Below are positions 38,870 to 49,022 of a stretch of DNA of 64,000 bases, in pieces. Each line of letters opens with the position of its first letter. The first letter of the stretch is position 1. The DNA is from Oscillospiraceae bacterium (GTDB lineage Bacteria > Bacillota > Clostridia > Oscillospirales > JAAYXM01), in contig JAFQSU010000078.1 in assembly GCA_017409405.1 (NCBI GenBank), forward strand, positions 13,850 to 77,849. The letters are read 5' to 3'. Below the pieces are notes generated by a model. The model was not told the DNA's origin. It ran no database searches and saw only the letters and a list, made by a program, of their open reading frames with translations. The position numbers were made by a program, and so were the translations under genes.

Positions 38870-39373
38870 ATGAAAATTGTAAATGAAAAGGGAAAACTCT
38901 TCGGAATCATCAATGTCATCGACCTTGTGATTCTTCTCGTCATCGCTCTCGTTGCCGTTGCAGCGGTATACAAGTTTGCGGCTCCTGCGGCAAGCAACGT
39001 AATCACTCCGAAAGCAGATATGACTGTCACCATGCGCGTCCGAGGTGCGATGGACTATCTTGAAAATGAGGTGCTTAAGCTTGAGCCGGGCGCAAGGCTT
39101 GTAGCAGGCAGTGACTACATCGCAGATGCAAAGGTTGTTTCGGTCGAGAGCGTTCCTTATCTCTCCGCAGGCACAACCGATGAGGGTAAGTTTGTCACAT
39201 CCGAAGATCCGCAGAAGTGCGACCTCATTATCACCGTAAAATCCAAACAGTCAAAGACCGACCCGATTCTCAAAATCGGAACTCAGGAAGTCCGTATAGG
39301 TCGTGGCTTTATATTCAAGACCCAGACCGTAGAAGTTAATGCAATTATTGAAACGGTGGAATTTGATGGATAA
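38870..39373 (+). CDS. DUF4330 family protein
   Basis: MKIVNEKGKLFGIINVIDL plus one TM segment. Confidence 0.85.
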   Translation: MKIVNEKGKLFGIINVIDLVILLVIALVAVAAVYKFAAPAASNVITPKADMTVTMRVRGAMDYLENEVLKLEPGARLVAGSDYIADAKVVSVESVPYLSAGTTDEGKFVTSEDPQKCDLIITVKSKQSKTDPILKIGTQEVRIGRGFIFKTQTVEVNAIIETVEFDG

Positions 39374-40943
39374 CATGATTCGCAATTGCTTTATTGCGCG
39401 GCTGATATCGTTTTTTGCGGTAGCTTTTCCGGGAAGTATCCCCGGCAGAGTTGTTGCTTTTTGCTCACGCACATACCATGACAGTGTTACACGCCGTGCA
39501 GTTGTTGCTTTCTTTTCGGCATCACCTAAAATTGTATATTCAAAGCTGTATAAGTTGCTTCTTTCGCTCAATACTTCACTTTCAAAGCTTGGCAAGGCTC
39601 TTGCCCCCGTGGTCGCCTCAAGTTTTATTCTGCGCTCTTTCCGTGCGGTTTCCTCCTCAAACCTCATTGAGCAAAGTCTCCTTTTCGGCTCTTTGAAGGC
39701 TCTCGGAATGAAGCGTTTGCTCATTGCGGCATTTGCGCTTTACCTGCCGCTTGATGTGTTTATTCGTGATGTGCTGAAAATCAGCCTTCTCTCCTCGGTG
39801 TGGGATGAAGCGTTCATGCTTTTCTGTGTGGCATATATTATTTTCCGCATCTGCATAGCGGGGGAAATCAAAAAACCGCGCATAACTCCTGTTGACATGC
39901 CGCTTCTGTTTTTTACGGCTATCGGTCTTTTGCTCATGGCAATTGTTTCTCCGAAAATCGGTCCTGCCGTTGCCGGTTACCGTGCGGTATGCCAGTTCAT
40001 GCTTTGGTTCTTTGTTCTCACCCGTCTTATAGAAGATGACAAGGATTTCAAAACGCTGTACTTTACAGTGTGCGTTATGGCAACAGCCATTGCTCTGCAC
40101 GGAATATACCAGTATATCGTCAAGGCGCCTATGCCGGCGCAATGGGTTGCCCAGGCAGAGGTCGGAGTGAGAACGAGGGTCTATTCCATTATCGGAAGCC
40201 CCAATGTTATGGGCGCTTTCCTTGTAATGACCGCTCCAATGATTGCAGCATGCGCATATTACGCCGAAAAGCTTTGGGTTAAATGCCTTATGTGGGGTAT
40301 AACATGTCTTTTGTGTCTCGCAACGCTTTTCACGTTCTCACGCGGCGCATGGTTCGGGCTCACGGTCGCAGTCGTGATTTTTTCGCTTCTTGTTGACAGA
40401 AAGCTTCTCGCTGTTGCCGCAGTGGGTATACTCGGTGTTATTTTCTGTGTGCCTGAAATTTCCAATAGAATCGCTTTTCTGTTTACCTCGGATTTTGCCG
40501 CGGCAAACTCTTCCGGGGGAAGAGGAGAGCGTTGGCAGATAGGTCTTTCGCTCTGGCGGCAGAACCGCCTGTTCGGCTTCGGTCTCGGCAGGTATGGCGG
40601 TGCAATAGCAATGCAGAATCAGGAAATAGAGAACATCGTGTATTATTACATGGATAACTACTATCTCAAAACCCTGACCGAAATGGGACTTATCGGCCTC
40701 ATTTCATATGTATGGCTTCTGCTTCGCAATTTTCTCTGGTCGTGCAGAAGTGTATTTAAAACTCAGAAAAACAAAATGTCCTGTCTTATCAGCGGAATAA
40801 TAGCAGGTCAGATTGGTGTACTTGCCCATTCGTATTTTGAAAACATTTTTGAAGTTCCCTATATGAATGCATACTTCTGGGGACTTTCGGCGGCGGTAAT
40901 GTATCTTGGATATCTTCGCCGCAGAAAAAACGACAAGGCATAA
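39366..40943 (+). CDS. O-antigen ligase/Wzy_C family membrane protein
   Basis: RVYSIIGSPN, TFSRGAW, GFGLG, DNYYL..L.E.G. Confidence 0.88.
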   Translation: MDNMIRNCFIARLISFFAVAFPGSIPGRVVAFCSRTYHDSVTRRAVVAFFSASPKIVYSKLYKLLLSLNTSLSKLGKALAPVVASSFILRSFRAVSSSNLIEQSLLFGSLKALGMKRLLIAAFALYLPLDVFIRDVLKISLLSSVWDEAFMLFCVAYIIFRICIAGEIKKPRITPVDMPLLFFTAIGLLLMAIVSPKIGPAVAGYRAVCQFMLWFFVLTRLIEDDKDFKTLYFTVCVMATAIALHGIYQYIVKAPMPAQWVAQAEVGVRTRVYSIIGSPNVMGAFLVMTAPMIAACAYYAEKLWVKCLMWGITCLLCLATLFTFSRGAWFGLTVAVVIFSLLVDRKLLAVAAVGILGVIFCVPEISNRIAFLFTSDFAAANSSGGRGERWQIGLSLWRQNRLFGFGLGRYGGAIAMQNQEIENIVYYYMDNYYLKTLTEMGLIGLISYVWLLLRNFLWSCRSVFKTQKNKMSCLISGIIAGQIGVLAHSYFENIFEVPYMNAYFWGLSAAVMYLGYLRRRKNDKA

Positions 40944-41081
40944 TAATATAATGTACAAAGAGCATCAACCGCTAAGGTTGATGCTCTTTAATCGTTTTTT
41001 TCGCTCGTTGCCTTCTCAAGCTTCGAATCCTTCCATTTCTGAATATAAAAACAACACACCCGAAGGGGTGTGTTGTTTTTA

Positions 41082-41285
41082 TGGTCGAGATGACAGGATT
41101 CGAACCTGTAGCCGCAAGCGATGCAAGCATCGCCTACGGCAAAGCGGCGGATGCCCCCACTCGCTCGCCTTTATTTGCCTTGGGCAAATAAAGAGCAACC
41201 GCTCGGGGATGGCGATGCAGGATGCCGCAGGTTCGTTTTTACGAATTGAAAAAGAAAGAGGTAGACACAGCGTCTACCTCTTTCT
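41082..41285 (-). repeat. tRNA-linked 204-bp unit ending in an exact 27-bp copy of the tRNA-Pro 3' end
   Basis: TGGTCGAGATGACAGGATTCGAACCTG at both 41082-41108 and 41286-41312. Confidence 0.85.
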
Positions 41286-41362
41286 TGGTCGAGATGACAG
41301 GATTCGAACCTGCGGCCTCTGCGTCCCGAACGCAGCGCTCTACCAAGCTGAGCCACATCTCG
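41286..41362 (-). tRNA. tRNA-Pro (anticodon CGG), CCA encoded
   Basis: CGAGATGTGGCTCAGCTTGGTAGAGCGCTGCGTTCGGGACGCAGAGGCCGCAGGTTCGAATCCTGTCATCTCGACCA folds as a cloverleaf. Confidence 0.97.
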
Positions 41363-41376
41363 AAGCGAACTATTTA

Positions 41377-41405
41377 ATTATACGTATGAAATGGTATTTT
41401 GTCAA
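41377..41405 (-). promoter_or_regulatory. Consensus sigma-A promoter of tRNA-Pro
   Basis: TTGACA-17 nt-TATAAT. Confidence 0.9.
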
Positions 41406-41525
41406 GAGTTTTTAACCAAATTTTTATTATTTCTTTCTTCTGCAGAAAGATATTCTCCCACCCTCTTGCGGTTTTTAATAATTTGTGATAGTATACATTA
41501 GAATATTTCGAAAAGAGGTATCCTT

Positions 41526-42455
41526 GTGCAAAACAAAACAAATAAGCTTTTTACAAACCGTTGGTTCATTGCCGTTGCGGCACTTCTCTGCTGTGCGTTA
41601 TGGGGAAGCGCTACCCCGTTCATTAAAATCGGATATGAGCTCATTCTTCCCGAGCGAAACGTCCCGTCCACCATTTTGTTTGCAGGGCTTCGCTTCATGC
41701 TCGCAGGCGTGCTTACGATCATTATTTACAGTGTTGCGCGCAAAAGATTTCTGTTTCCTCAGAAGAAAAACTGGGGCAAGGTTTTACATATAAGTCTTTT
41801 TCAGACTGTTCTGCAGTACTTCTTCTTTTACATCGGACTTGCCAACACCTCGGGAGTAAAAGGAACTGTCATCAGCGGATGCAATGTTTTTTGCTCTATC
41901 CTTATTGCAAGTCTCCTCTTTAAGCAGGAAAAGCTTACGCTCAAAAAGATTATTGCATGTATTGCAGGCTTTGCCGGAATCGTTATCATCAACATGAACG
42001 GACTTGATTTTAACATGAATTTTCTCGGGGACGGATTCGTATTTTTCTCTACGGTGTGCTACGGAATGTCCTCTACCCTCATCAAGATTTATTCAAAAGA
42101 CGAAGACCCTGTTGTCATAAGCGGATATCAGTTTGCTGTCGGCGGTCTTTTCATGGCAATCGTAGCCTTTATCATGGGCGGCCATATTGAGCTTTGGGGA
42201 CTTGCCTCTGTCGGCGTACTTGTCTACCTTGCCTTCCTTTCTGCGATCGCGTATTCGCTCTGGGGTGTGCTGCTTAAATACAATCCCGTCTCAAAGGTCA
42301 CCGTATACAGCTTTATGATACCGGTTTTCGGAGTTCTTCTCTCGGCGCTGATGCTCACCGAACAAAGCAATGTATCGGCGATAAACCTTGTAATCACGCT
42401 TATTCTGATTTGCACCGGAATCATGCTTCTCAACTATAAAAAAAGTAACGAGTAA
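41526..42455 (+). CDS. DMT/EamA family transporter
   Basis: LWGSA, RF.LAG, about 10 TM segments in two EamA halves. Confidence 0.9.
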   Translation: MQNKTNKLFTNRWFIAVAALLCCALWGSATPFIKIGYELILPERNVPSTILFAGLRFMLAGVLTIIIYSVARKRFLFPQKKNWGKVLHISLFQTVLQYFFFYIGLANTSGVKGTVISGCNVFCSILIASLLFKQEKLTLKKIIACIAGFAGIVIINMNGLDFNMNFLGDGFVFFSTVCYGMSSTLIKIYSKDEDPVVISGYQFAVGGLFMAIVAFIMGGHIELWGLASVGVLVYLAFLSAIAYSLWGVLLKYNPVSKVTVYSFMIPVFGVLLSALMLTEQSNVSAINLVITLILICTGIMLLNYKKSNE

Positions 42456-42504
42456 AACTTTTTACCTCCTTTTGCCATCTAAAAAGCAGAAGGAGGTTTT
42501 TATT

Positions 42505-43569
42505 ATGAAACGTTATTTGTTTGTTATACTCACAGCCCTTATTCTTCTTTGTTCGTCGTGCCGGGAGGTGTACGAGCCCGGATATGAAGCATATCCCGAC
42601 CGTATAGTACGCATAGACGGAAGGCTGTACTACGACAGCGGACATTCCGCCAAGAGCTTCGAGCCGCGTTGCGGAACTTACGACGGTAAGGTGAAGAGAA
42701 GTGTTGCTGACGGCGAGATACCTTCCCGTGATGATACCTCAAACTTTCAGGGTGAGCACGGCTATCAGCATTTTTCAGAAACCCAAAAGCTTGTTAATAT
42801 AAACGGAAACTGGGTGATATTTGAAAGATACTACGACTGGGGTATTGATATAAATGTTGAAAAAGCAAGCCCCGAAAGTATAACGCTGTCAATAGTGCAA
42901 AGCGGAGGAAATGTTACGGGTGAGCTTTCTACCGGCGAATGGTATGACGTTGAATATCACGACGGTCATCAATGGAGAAGCGTAAAATCAGAAGCAGAAG
43001 GCCGTGACACCGTGTGGCACTGTATTGCATATTCAATCCCCAAAAACGGAGAATGTATTGTTAAAGCAGATTTCACAACGCTCTTCGGCAAGCTTTCTGA
43101 CGGTGGATACAGAATTGCGAAAAAGGTTCAGGATTTACGCTCTGCCGGAGATTATGACGAGATGACGGTATATGCGTATTTCACACTGCAGGATACAACC
43201 GTCGGAGAAAAAATTACACTTGCGCACTTTCTGGGTGCAGAGGCTGCGAAGACGAAAACCGTTTCACTCAGCTGTAATTCTGCTTCTGTCGAGGCTGATT
43301 CGGAAGAATTTTTAAAGCTTGCGGACAGCATTATCCTGACAGATATCAAAAACGAATCCATGGCAAAGGAGGAAGGAGACCGTATTTTTCTTCCTGACGG
43401 TATATACATAACTGCCGGAGATATAACGTCATGTGCATTTATTTCCGACGACTGTACGGTTGACAGATACAGCCGTTATATGAGCAGACTGCCCGTCGCA
43501 GATTACAGCATTTCAGAAGCTGACCTTGAAAGATTGTATAAATTCTTTGAAAAGCTCCCGAAAGTATGA
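42505..43569 (+). CDS. Lipoprotein with an Ig-like domain, function unknown
   Basis: AGGAGG RBS, lipobox LCSSC; TGEWYDVE...FGKLSDGGYRIAK segment. Confidence 0.7.
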   Translation: MKRYLFVILTALILLCSSCREVYEPGYEAYPDRIVRIDGRLYYDSGHSAKSFEPRCGTYDGKVKRSVADGEIPSRDDTSNFQGEHGYQHFSETQKLVNINGNWVIFERYYDWGIDINVEKASPESITLSIVQSGGNVTGELSTGEWYDVEYHDGHQWRSVKSEAEGRDTVWHCIAYSIPKNGECIVKADFTTLFGKLSDGGYRIAKKVQDLRSAGDYDEMTVYAYFTLQDTTVGEKITLAHFLGAEAAKTKTVSLSCNSASVEADSEEFLKLADSIILTDIKNESMAKEEGDRIFLPDGIYITAGDITSCAFISDDCTVDRYSRYMSRLPVADYSISEADLERLYKFFEKLPKV

Positions 43570-43607
43570 TACAATGAGTTATACATTTACACAAGGAGTA
43601 ATATAAA

Positions 43608-44321
43608 ATGCTTGAAGCCATACTTTTCGACCTTGACGGAACTCTTTTGCCCATGGATAACGACCTGTTTACAAAGGTGTATTTCGGATACCTTGCAGAA
43701 ACCGCATCAAAATGGGGATACACCGACAAAGAAAAGCTTATTTCGGGTATATTGGCCGGAGTCAAATCAATGGTTAAAAACAACGGAACCAAGCCCAACG
43801 AACAAGCCTTTTGGGAAACCTTTTCCGCAGTAATCGGAAAAGACTGCTCGGATGATATTAAGCGCTTTGACTCTTTTTATGAAAACGAATTTGAAAAAGC
43901 GCGGGAAATAACAGGAGACGCATCGCGTGCCAAAGAGGCGGTTAATGCTGCGCACGAGAAAGCGAAGCATGTCATTCTCGCATCGAATCCAATTTTCCCA
44001 CGGGTCGGCACAAAAACACGTCTTTCATGGGCAGGTCTTACCCCGGAGGATTTTGACTGGGTTACAGAATACTCAAACTCCTGCTTCTGTAAGCCCAATC
44101 CTGAATACTACCGTGATATTTTAAACCGCTTCGGACTCACTCCGTCAAATTGTCTTATGGTAGGAAACGACATGCAGGAGGACTTTGCTGCGGCAAGCTC
44201 CCTCGGCATCCCCTGCTTTATTGTTACCGACAATCTCATCAACCGTACAGATGAAGAGATAGCCTGTCCTCACGGCACTTATTCCGATATGATTGAATAT
44301 ATAAAATCTCTCAGAACTTGA
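43608..44321 (+). CDS. HAD-family hydrolase
   Basis: FDLDGTLL, SNP, KPNPEYY, MVGND..ED. Confidence 0.9.
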   Translation: MLEAILFDLDGTLLPMDNDLFTKVYFGYLAETASKWGYTDKEKLISGILAGVKSMVKNNGTKPNEQAFWETFSAVIGKDCSDDIKRFDSFYENEFEKAREITGDASRAKEAVNAAHEKAKHVILASNPIFPRVGTKTRLSWAGLTPEDFDWVTEYSNSCFCKPNPEYYRDILNRFGLTPSNCLMVGNDMQEDFAAASSLGIPCFIVTDNLINRTDEEIACPHGTYSDMIEYIKSLRT

Positions 44322-44346
44322 CAGAAATACCGATATAGTGTATACT
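44318..44346 (+). promoter_or_regulatory. Sigma-A promoter for the CNNM/CorC gene, giving a long leader
   Basis: TTGACA-17 nt-TATACT. Confidence 0.8.
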
Positions 44347-44382
44347 GTATGGCAGTATTAAAGAAAGGACGGACATTTGAAT

Positions 44383-44517
44383 ATGGATTCGGATGACGGA
44401 GATTACCCCGCTAATACCGAAAGATATATTTATTTGTTTTATGAGGCGTACTTGCGTGCATTTATTGAAAAAGCACACAGGTGTGCCTTTTTGTGCTTCA
44501 AAAGAGTACGCATATGA
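44383..44517 (+). CDS. Candidate 44-aa leader peptide (MDSDDGDYP...)
   Basis: AAAGGA RBS, in-frame TTG/ATG, open to TGA at 44517; below the ORF-track length cutoff. Confidence 0.45.
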   Translation: MDSDDGDYPANTERYIYLFYEAYLRAFIEKAHRCAFLCFKRVRI

Positions 44518-44569
44518 TCAAAAACAAAGGTAATATATAAAAGAGTATTAAGGAGAGTAATAAAAAAAC

Positions 44570-45826
44570 ATGGGTATATTGGAATATACTTTAATCATTG
44601 CCGTTCTCGTTATGCTTTCAGCATATTTTTCGGCAACGGAGACGGCTTTTTCATCAATCAACAAAACGCGTCTTAAAGCTATGGCAGAAAAGGGCAACAA
44701 AAGAGCACAGTCAACACTCAGCCTTGCCGAAAACTATGACAAGCTCATTTCAACCATCCTTATAGGCAACAACATAGTAAATATTGCCGCATCATCTATC
44801 GGTACGGTTATGTTCGTAAGCATATACGGCGACATTGGTGCTACAATCTCGACGGCGGTTATTACCGTTGTTGTGCTTATATTCGGCGAAATTACCCCGA
44901 AAAGCATCGCCAAGGACAGTCCCGAGCGTTTTGCCATGTTCTCAACCCCTGCCATACGTATGCTGATATGGGTTTTAACTCCGCTCAACTTCCTTTTCAC
45001 GCAGTGGAAAAAGCTGATTTCAAAGATATTCAAATCTGAAGACAACACCAAAATGTCACAGGAAGAGCTTCTTATGATAGTTGAAGAGGTTGAGCAGGAC
45101 GGCAGCCTCGACACTGACGAGGGTGAGCTTATCCGCAACGCTATTGAGTTTACGGAGCAGAAGGCCGAGGATATTCTTACGCACCGTGTTGACCTTGAGG
45201 GCTTCCCCTTCTCTGCAGAAAAGGCTGAAATCGCAGAGCTTTTTACAAAAACACAGTTTTCTCGCCTTCTCGTTTACGGAGAGAGTATCGACGATATAAT
45301 CGGCATAGTTCACCTAAAGGACTTCTTTACGGCTGACGGCATCACCAAGAAAGCCCTCAAGGACATCATGACAAAGCCGGTGTTCATTCAGAAGTCAGAA
45401 AAGGTAAATGACATTCTCAAAATTCTCCAGCAGAACAAGTCTCATATTGCTGTCGTTATAGATGAATACGGCGGCACTCTCGGAATCGTTACCATGGAAG
45501 ATATCTTAGAGGAGCTTGTCGGAGAGATATGGGATGAGCATGACGAGGTTGTTCTTGATTTTGAAAAAACAGGCAAGGACACATACAAGGTTGATTGCTC
45601 GGCAAACTTCGAGGACTTCTGTGAGGTATTCGAAATCGAAGCAGAAACAGAAAGCATCTCTGTCGGCGGTTGGGTAATGGAGCAGCTTGGAAAGATTCCC
45701 GAAAACGGTGAAAGCTTTGAGTTTGAAAACTTAAATATTACCATCACGGAAACCGACTCGCACCGTGTAACACAAATTACGGTTCTCAAAAAAGAAAAAG
45801 AACCGGAGACAGCATCGGCAGAATAA
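44570..45826 (+). CDS. CNNM/CorB-CorC (HlyC, 'hemolysin family') Mg2+/Co2+ transporter
   Basis: FSATETA, TILIGNNIVNI, FGEITPKS, CBS pair, DEYGGT.GIVTMEDILEELVGEIWDEHD. Confidence 0.93.
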   Translation: MGILEYTLIIAVLVMLSAYFSATETAFSSINKTRLKAMAEKGNKRAQSTLSLAENYDKLISTILIGNNIVNIAASSIGTVMFVSIYGDIGATISTAVITVVVLIFGEITPKSIAKDSPERFAMFSTPAIRMLIWVLTPLNFLFTQWKKLISKIFKSEDNTKMSQEELLMIVEEVEQDGSLDTDEGELIRNAIEFTEQKAEDILTHRVDLEGFPFSAEKAEIAELFTKTQFSRLLVYGESIDDIIGIVHLKDFFTADGITKKALKDIMTKPVFIQKSEKVNDILKILQQNKSHIAVVIDEYGGTLGIVTMEDILEELVGEIWDEHDEVVLDFEKTGKDTYKVDCSANFEDFCEVFEIEAETESISVGGWVMEQLGKIPENGESFEFENLNITITETDSHRVTQITVLKKEKEPETASAE

Positions 45827-45835
45827 AGTCAGACA

Positions 45836-45872
45836 AAGCACTGTGGCAGAACAATCTGTCACAGTGCTTTTT
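45836..45872 (+). terminator. Intrinsic terminator
   Basis: AAAGCACTGTGGCAGA...TCTGTCACAGTGCTTTTT. Confidence 0.8.
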
Positions 45873-45978
45873 GTATGTAAACGCTATGTTAAATTTATTG
45901 AAAATCTTGCCGAAACAATTTATAATTGCAGTGTAATATAAGAGAAAGAAAAAGATGAAAAGAAAGGAAATCAAAGGA

Positions 45979-47724
45979 ATGGATATTTTTGATATTCTCA
46001 CTATGGTCGGTGGTCTGTGCCTGTTCCTGTTCGGAATGGATGTTATGGGTCAGGCACTTGAACGCCGCGCAGGCGGAACGCTCCGCACACTTCTCGGCAA
46101 GCTCACTACAAACAAATTTGCAGGTCTTATTACCGGTCTTTGTGTAACTGCGGTTATACAAAGTTCATCCGCAACTACCGTTATGGTTGTCGGCTTTGTA
46201 AACTCTGCACTCATGACGCTCAAGCAGGCTATAAACGTTATTATGGGCGCAAACATCGGTACAACGGTAACTGCGTGGATTCTTTCGCTCGGCGGAATTG
46301 ACGGCGATAATCTGTTTATACAGCTTTTAAAGCCAACATCGTTTACTCCCGTTCTCGCTCTTGTCGGCATCGTCATGACAATGTTCTGCAAAGGAAGTAA
46401 AACAAAGGACACGGGAACAATTCTTCTCGGCTTTGCAACACTTATGTTCGGCATGGATACAATGTCTGACGCGGTTTCGGGGCTTGCAGATGTCCCTGCG
46501 TTCCGCAATCTGTTCCTGCTCTTCAAAAACCCCATACTCGGAGTTGCGGCAGGTGCGGTTCTCACCGCTATTATTCAATCAAGCTCCGCATCCGTTGGTA
46601 TTCTCCAGGCACTCGCTGCCACAGGTCAGGTTTCTCTGGGTGCCGCAATACCGATAATAATGGGTCAGAACATAGGCACATGCATTACTGCTATCCTTTC
46701 TTCATTCGGAACGAATAAAAACGCAAAGCGAGCAGCTCTTGTCCACCTTTCGTTCAATGTCATCGGAACAATTCTGTGCCTGTCGTTGTTCTGCATTGTA
46801 AAATACCCTTTCGCCCCTGTACTTCTGGATGAATCGGCACATTATGTAAGCATCGCAGTCGCACATTCCTTGTTCAATATATTCTGCACGCTTGTTCTCT
46901 TCCCGATGGGGGGAATACTCGAAAAACTTGTTGTAAGACTTGTTCCTGATGCAAAATCCAAAGAAGCTGTGGTCGAGCTTGACGAGCGATTGCTCGCCAC
47001 CCCATCGCTTGCACTTGAAAGCTGTCACAATCTTGCAGTAGATATGGTTGATGCCGCATGTTACGCTCTGCGCGGAGGTATAAAATCCCTCAGAGACTAC
47101 TCCGAAGAGCTTGCAGAAGCCGTCTGTGAAAACGAGGAGAGGACAGACCATTACGAAGATATTCTCAGTACATATCTTGTAAAGCTGAGCAGCCACCAAA
47201 TTTCTGCCGCCGACAGTGCCGAAGCCGCAAAGCTCCTCCGACTTATAGGGGATTTTGAAAGAATTTCCGACCACGGCGTCAACATCCTTAAATCCGCAGA
47301 AGAAATGCGGGATAAAGAGCTTTCCTTTACGGAAGCAGCTCAAAAAGAGCTTGACGTTATACTTGATGCGGCAGGCGAGATACTCGCGCTTTCACGGCGC
47401 GCATATGTCGATAATGACCTTGAAGCCGCACTCTGTGTAGAACCGCTTGAACAGGTAATTGATATGCTCAAAGAGCATCTGCGCGCACGTCACATTGTTC
47501 GTTTGCAGCAGGGCAATTGTTCAATAGACGTCGGTTTTGTCTGGTCAGACCTTCTTACCAATATCGGAAGAACCTCAGACCACTGCTCGAATATTGCAGG
47601 CTGTGTAATTGATATGGCAAGCAACAACATGAACATTCACGAGTCACTAAGAGCATTCAGAAACGAAAGCCCCGAATTCCGTGCAAAGTTCAATGAATAT
47701 GCAAAAAAATATGCAGTAGAATAA
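45979..47724 (+). CDS. Na+/Pi cotransporter with C-terminal PhoU domains
   Basis: QSSSAT and QSSSAS repeats, GANIGTT, GQNIGTC, DFERISDH. Confidence 0.93.
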   Translation: MDIFDILTMVGGLCLFLFGMDVMGQALERRAGGTLRTLLGKLTTNKFAGLITGLCVTAVIQSSSATTVMVVGFVNSALMTLKQAINVIMGANIGTTVTAWILSLGGIDGDNLFIQLLKPTSFTPVLALVGIVMTMFCKGSKTKDTGTILLGFATLMFGMDTMSDAVSGLADVPAFRNLFLLFKNPILGVAAGAVLTAIIQSSSASVGILQALAATGQVSLGAAIPIIMGQNIGTCITAILSSFGTNKNAKRAALVHLSFNVIGTILCLSLFCIVKYPFAPVLLDESAHYVSIAVAHSLFNIFCTLVLFPMGGILEKLVVRLVPDAKSKEAVVELDERLLATPSLALESCHNLAVDMVDAACYALRGGIKSLRDYSEELAEAVCENEERTDHYEDILSTYLVKLSSHQISAADSAEAAKLLRLIGDFERISDHGVNILKSAEEMRDKELSFTEAAQKELDVILDAAGEILALSRRAYVDNDLEAALCVEPLEQVIDMLKEHLRARHIVRLQQGNCSIDVGFVWSDLLTNIGRTSDHCSNIAGCVIDMASNNMNIHESLRAFRNESPEFRAKFNEYAKKYAVE

Positions 47725-47731
47725 AAAAGTT

Positions 47732-47815
47732 TATGCCACAGCAATACAAATTGCTGTGGCATTTTTTGTTGTATGAAAACACCGCATTGGAAAATCCAAT
47801 GCGGTGGCTGTTTTA
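47732..47815. terminator. Two back-to-back terminator hairpins between convergent genes
   Basis: TGCCACAGCAAT..ATTGCTGTGGCA-TTTTTT and CACCGCATTGG..CCAATGCGGTG. Confidence 0.8.
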
Positions 47816-47826
47816 CAAGCTATATC

Positions 47827-48849
<1,023 letters not shown>

Positions 48850-48872
48850 CTAAAAAATTTTCGTATGATATC

Positions 48873-48926
48873 ATTATAAACGATTTATTGCAAATTTACA
48901 ACTGTGTTTTGTGAAAATTTTAGCAA
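48873..48926 (-). promoter_or_regulatory. gap promoter with an adjacent Rex-like operator
   Basis: TTGTAA-17 nt-TATAAT (48901-48873); TTGTGAA-N4-TTAGCAA at 48909-48926. Confidence 0.7.
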
Positions 48927-49022
48927 AAATATGTAGAATTTTTTGTATAAATAATATAAAACGTCGTAAGCATCCTGAAAACACCGGTTATGATATCATA
49001 TTCTCAAGATGAAAATTTGCTA

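Noticed and set aside
41082-41312. Prophage or ICE integrated at tRNA-Pro
   Set aside because: Only 204 bp separate the repeat starts and there is no integrase or phage gene nearby; kept only as a mini-element finding.
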